Source of the DNA: the human T2T-CHM13v2.0 reference genome, Homo sapiens
Strand: one strand, 5' to 3'
Assembly: GCF_009914755.1 (NCBI RefSeq)
Contig: NC_060927.1
DNA length: 64,000 nucleotides
Shown: positions 58,606 through 64,000 of the stretch, piece after piece
Position numbering within the stretch: position 1 is the first letter of the stretch
How the letters are laid out: the number at the start of each line of letters is the position of its first letter
Made by a program: the position numbers and the translations under genes
Notes under the pieces: model-generated
What the model saw: only the letters and a program-made list of their open reading frames with translations
What the model was told of the DNA's origin: nothing
Databases searched by the model: none

Positions 58606-60019
58606 CAGACTATCAGGAAAAAAGTAAAACAGAAATTACCAACATCATAAATGAGAGCAGGATATCCTGTAAACTCTATAGATATCAAAAAAATTGAGAG
58701 TATAATAAATAGCTGTAAGCCAATAAATATGACAATGTAGATGATATAGATAAAATCTTTGAAAGTTCACTCAAAAAGAAATGGATAACCTAAATAGCCC
58801 CATATCTAATACGACATCACATTATACACTGTAAATATATACAATTTGTCAATTATACCTTAATAAAGTAGGGGCTGGGGAGGAAAAAAGCCTTGATCTA
58901 TGATAGAAATAACTGAATCTGGCACTGAGTTAATGAAATTAATAATCACAGTTTACAATTATTAAGTGTCTTTACTGCTGAGAGACACCTAGAGGCCCCA
59001 CAAATATAGAGCCAAATGGAAAATTTCAGCAACTCACTCAGTGAATATATGGGGCTCAGCCACAAATGAAACTATTATAGTTTCATTTCTAAGCCTAACA
59101 TTCTAAACAGTGTGAGAAATGTCACTGTTAAAATCATCACTGAATTTCAAAATATTATAAAAATATAATGAAGTTGGTCATAATTTCATCTGAAAAAAGG
59201 AAAACTGTTATATATACAGTATCTTTGTTTGAATCATTTTATTCCAAAAGGAAGCCTCTATATTTACTTATATTTGTAAAAGATGGTACTAATGTTTTGA
59301 CAAAAAAAAAAAAACAGGAGAAAATCAATGTAAACACACCATTTTAAGTGGCTGAAAAAAAACCACACGAACATCTCAACAGACGGACAAAAAGTATTTG
59401 ACAAAAATTCAACACTCATTCCTCATAAAGACTTTAGCAAATTATGAGAGAACATCTCAACTTGATAAAAGTAATGGGCTGAGAGATAGAGAGGGTTAAC
59501 TTTGCCTGCTCTAAAACTCTATTATTCTAACCAGGTTGGCCTACGGCAAAGAGGTGGGGATGGGGTTAGCACAGCATTTACTTTCTCTGATGTTTTCTAT
59601 AAAATCATGTAAAAAAAGTGACTTTCAATAAGTGTATGATAAAGAAAAGCTTACTAATTTTTCCCCAAAAATGTCTTGTTATAAAATTAGAATGTTTCTC
59701 AAACATTAAAATCCTTGGCAATTATGGTACTTTTGGACATTCTAGTCATATCTGTACTGTTTGGCATCTGATCTGCTTAGGTAACCTAACTCAAGCAGTA
59801 TCCTACCTTCTTTTAACACCCCTCCCCCTCAATTCTGACCATTTGATAATCATTTTGATTGTCATTCAAAATGTTATTTTCACTTTACCCTAATTTACAG
59901 ATATCTATGACTAGCTTATCCTCCTATATACTGAGTACTTTTTACCTGGCTTAATCTATTTATGGTTTTCTGTTTAGGTAGTTTTTTTAAATACGAAGTA
60001 GCTTATAAATAACTGATAC

Positions 60020-61060
60020 AGCAAGGCATGGTAGCTCACTCCTTGTAATCCCAGCACTTTGGAAGACTGAGGTGGGAGGATCGCTGAGCCCAGGAGTTCA
60101 AGAGCAGCCTGGGCAACATAGTGAGACTCTGCCTCTACCAAAGATTAAAAAAAACAAACAAACACTAGCCAGGTGTGGTGGTGTATGCCTGTAGTCACAG
60201 TACTCCTGAGGCTGAGGCAGGAAGATCACTTGAGCCCAGGAGTTCAAGGCTGCTGTGAGCTATGATCATGCCATTGTACTCCAGCCTGGGCAACGGAATG
60301 AGACCCTGTCTCTAAATAATAATAATAATAATTTATACCATTTACTGAGCATCTAATACCTAGTTTCATTTAGTCTCCACACCATTCTCTGATGTAGGTG
60401 GTATTATCCCTATTTTAAAAACTGAAGAATCTGAGGTTCACGAAGATGAAGCAGCATGACTAGTTTCACACAGGTGCTTAATGGCAGCAGAACTAAGATT
60501 AGGTCCCGGGTTGCACTGACTTCAAAAGCTATACTCCACACTAATCAGCTGCTTTTTTCATCCTTATTGTTCTCTCTTTGGGTTGTTCACTTTGGTCCCA
60601 GAAAGACGAGACTTTTTTCTCATCTGAATTCACTGGTAGAACATCCACGATCTGCTTGTTTACTCATGATAATCCCTCCACTTTGGAAAAAAAAAAAAAA
60701 AGTGATATTCACCAGCAATTAAAAACCTAGGTTGCCAGGAACAGTGGCTCATGCCTGTAATCCCAACACTTTGGGAGGCCGAGGCAGGAAGATTGCTTCA
60801 GCTCAGGAGTTCGAGACCAGCCTGGACAACATGGCAAAACCCCATCTCTATAAAAAATACAAAATTGGCCATGCATGGTGGTGTGTACCTGTAATCCTAG
60901 CTACCAGGAGACTGAGGTGGGAGGATCGCTTGAGCCCAGGAGGTCGAGGCTGCAGTGAGCCGTGACTGCACCGCTGCACTCCAGCCTGGACGACAGAGCA
61001 AGACTGTCTCAAAAAAACAAAAAAATAACAACAAAAAAAAATCCAACAATAACAAAAAAG
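60020..61060 (+). mobile_element. Two AluJ (60020-60330, 60733-61060) with a MIR fragment between
   Basis: Alu consensus; attatccctatttt...ctgaggttca is MIR-like. Confidence 0.85.
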
Positions 61061-61237
61061 ATCTAGGACTATGAATTGAAGCTTTCTTTTTTAAAAAATC
61101 AAAAACCCTTATGACTTGGAGATTCAAAGTTATAAGAGCACATTACTTGTAAGAATCCTTGAAGGCAATTTGTTGTTAAAATCATGCCATAGAGCTCAAC
61201 ACTTTAAATGCATAATAAATTTTCTCTAGAAATGCTA

Positions 61238-61468
<231 letters not shown>

Positions 61469-61548
61469 TCATGACAATTACTTCTTCTTATGTCAGTTCC
61501 TGCTACCACCCTCAAACCCATAATCAGTGTGCTTCTGGAATAAACTTA

Positions 61549-61668
<120 letters not shown>

Positions 61669-61959
61669 TTACCATGTGAAATAGCAATATATATTTTTAA
61701 AAATAGAATACTTGGGCAACAAGTGTTTGTCAATATAGTCTATAGTTCTACTTTTAGTTACTTCAAATCCTACATTGTCTATAAACCAAATTTTATCCAC
61801 AAACCATTCTTAGGCATTAACTATGTTAATGACATTGTGCTGGGTACTCTGAAAGTTACCAAATTGAATAAGACACAGCCCCTGCCACCTAAGACAATTA
61901 CCTTGGGAAGAACTATAATCTATGGCCGACTGTGTTAAGCACCCTGGAGAAATAGTTTT

Positions 61960-62080
61960 AAAATACTGTGAGAGGATGCCTCTGGGTGCACCGCCTATGA
62001 GTTAGCCCTTCTCTGCAAGGAGCAGTTAAAAAAATTTTTTTTTCAAATAAAAAATATTAAAAAAATAAAATATTGTAAGA
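61960..62080 (+). mobile_element. Short (~53-nt) A-tailed retroposed sequence with a degenerate 14-bp TSD
   Basis: aaaatactgtgaga [ggatgcc...ggagcagt + A-rich tail] aaaatattgtaaga; TTTT/AAAA L1 endonuclease target. Confidence 0.75.
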
Positions 62081-62708
62081 AATCAGAAGAACAACAGTGA
62101 AGACTTTATGAAAGATGTGGCATTTGAATGCTTAGCATTCATCAGTGTTTCAAAATATGGAAATGTCAGAAAAACACCATTCTAGAGATTTTGTAAAAGC
62201 ATGGTCAAATAGTATGGCTAAAAATTCAGATGGATAGATACCAGATAAGTGGCAATAAATTCCTGATTAACACCACTAACCCAATACTACACTATTGAAC
62301 TATGATGGGCACACTGGCAAACAAAGCAATACACTATCATGGTGAAAAGCACTTCACTAATGTACCTTAATGCATACTTTCAATTATGTAATTGAGTACA
62401 GATGCCACAATCCCATAATTGTTATATGGCAGCAGAAAATGGAGAACATTTTATTTGCTTTATTTTTCATGAGTTTGAATTTTGTGCAGTAAATTTATCA
62501 TTTTTTACAAAAACAATACAGCTATTTTTGAAAAATAAAATTATGATCAACGTTTGTATGACTATAAAAAGTTAATGTTTCCTTTGTTCATAATAATTTC
62601 ATTCCCACCCGATTAATCCTCATCCTTTAGCCAGCCGAGCACAATCTGTCATTTGTCCTTGATCAGCACATTCCACACAAGGAATCGTGTGGTGGGAAAG
62701 AATATTTA

Positions 62709-62903
<195 letters not shown>

Positions 62904-64000
62904 TCACTCAGATTACAAAAACAGTCATCTATTGCATAAACCCATTTACAATGAAGTAAATATTATTAAAAATTAAACACATCTAAGAAAGATAAGTCAA
63001 ATAAAATAATGTAATGGCTTGAGAAAGTGAACCATGAAAAATACAACACTAACGCACATTAAAATGCCTATTGTTTTGTATTATCAAATCATTTGAGTCA
63101 AAAAGTGCTCTTTTTGGAAATAATTCTCTTAATAAAATAATGAACATAAAGATGTTCCAAGGTTAATATACTGCCATTTGAAAAATTAAGTGTAAAATGT
63201 TAGAGGTTTTAATAGAATTTTCACTTTTGTAATAGTGCTCAGAAGAGAAATTTCCTCCAACATAACTCTGAACAAGAACTAGGGAAATAATTAGCAAGTA
63301 TCAGAGTCGATTACATGAGTCTTCCATGAAAAGACAACACTGGCATCCCTCTATTAATAGGCCCTTATTCTGGGATCTCATTCAAACAATGGTGATAGTT
63401 TTTTATTGCTCTAGAAACAACACTGTCTGCTGCCTTGTTACCCTAACACCAATCATTTGAAGGTCAGATGGAAAAAAGGTGTATGAGAATACCACGGCTA
63501 AACAGTCCATACAGGGAATCAACACGTGGCAGGATTACTACTATGCTCTCACTTAACCTAAAATAATACGCTTAAAATACATTTTTTTTGTTTTATGAAA
63601 ATATAGTTGAAAGATAATGTGCTTAATGATGATTAATAAAGAAAAACTATTATATTACAAAATTGTCTTAGCTAGCTTTAAAATCTCAATCAGGTTGAAA
63701 TTATTATTTCACAAAATGGTATTTTCAAATGTTTAATAAAAATACTAATATGTATACACAGAGTATAAAGGTATTAGCTTATCAAAGTATTCCTGAAGCT
63801 TTTTCACCACTCAACTATTTTAAACTGGGGATTCCTTCCAGTGGATGTATTAGGACCATCCACAGTCTTTTACCACCAAGAGATCTACGTAAGTTGTCAT
63901 TTACCTCCAATCTACTGTATCTTCTAAAAAGTCCAGAAGCACAAATCAGTGCCTGGAGCGGGCCAAAGAAGAGCTTCCCACTAGCCATCTAACTTATCCA

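Overview
This is primate (almost certainly human) genomic DNA containing two convergent genes. On the + strand are the last 15 coding exons (exons 4-18 by standard numbering) and 3'UTR of MFN1, mitofusin-1. The CDS stop is at 39898, with poly(A) signals near 40416, 41036 and 42749. On the - strand are the last 5 coding exons and the ~5.1 kb 3'UTR of GNB4, G-protein beta-4, with the stop at 49048 and a poly(A) signal near 43938. Every exon has GT-AG boundaries and the reading phases join correctly. The rest is mostly transposon-derived: about 45 Alus, a near-full-length Tigger4/Zombi transposon, a twin-primed inverted L1PA, MER41B, THE1, MER21 and MLT1 LTRs, MITEs and old L1/L2/MIR fragments. 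Nearly all ORFs in the supplied track are Alu, L1 or random artefacts. I found no convincing new protein-coding system. The best leads are a ~53-nt hairpin-ended RNA retroposed with target-site duplications in a GNB4 intron, a GAS-bearing MER41B LTR inside MFN1, inverted-Alu dsRNA architecture in the 3'UTRs, and several candidate unproductive-splicing switches in MFN1. Repeat subfamily names and edges are assigned by eye and are approximate.
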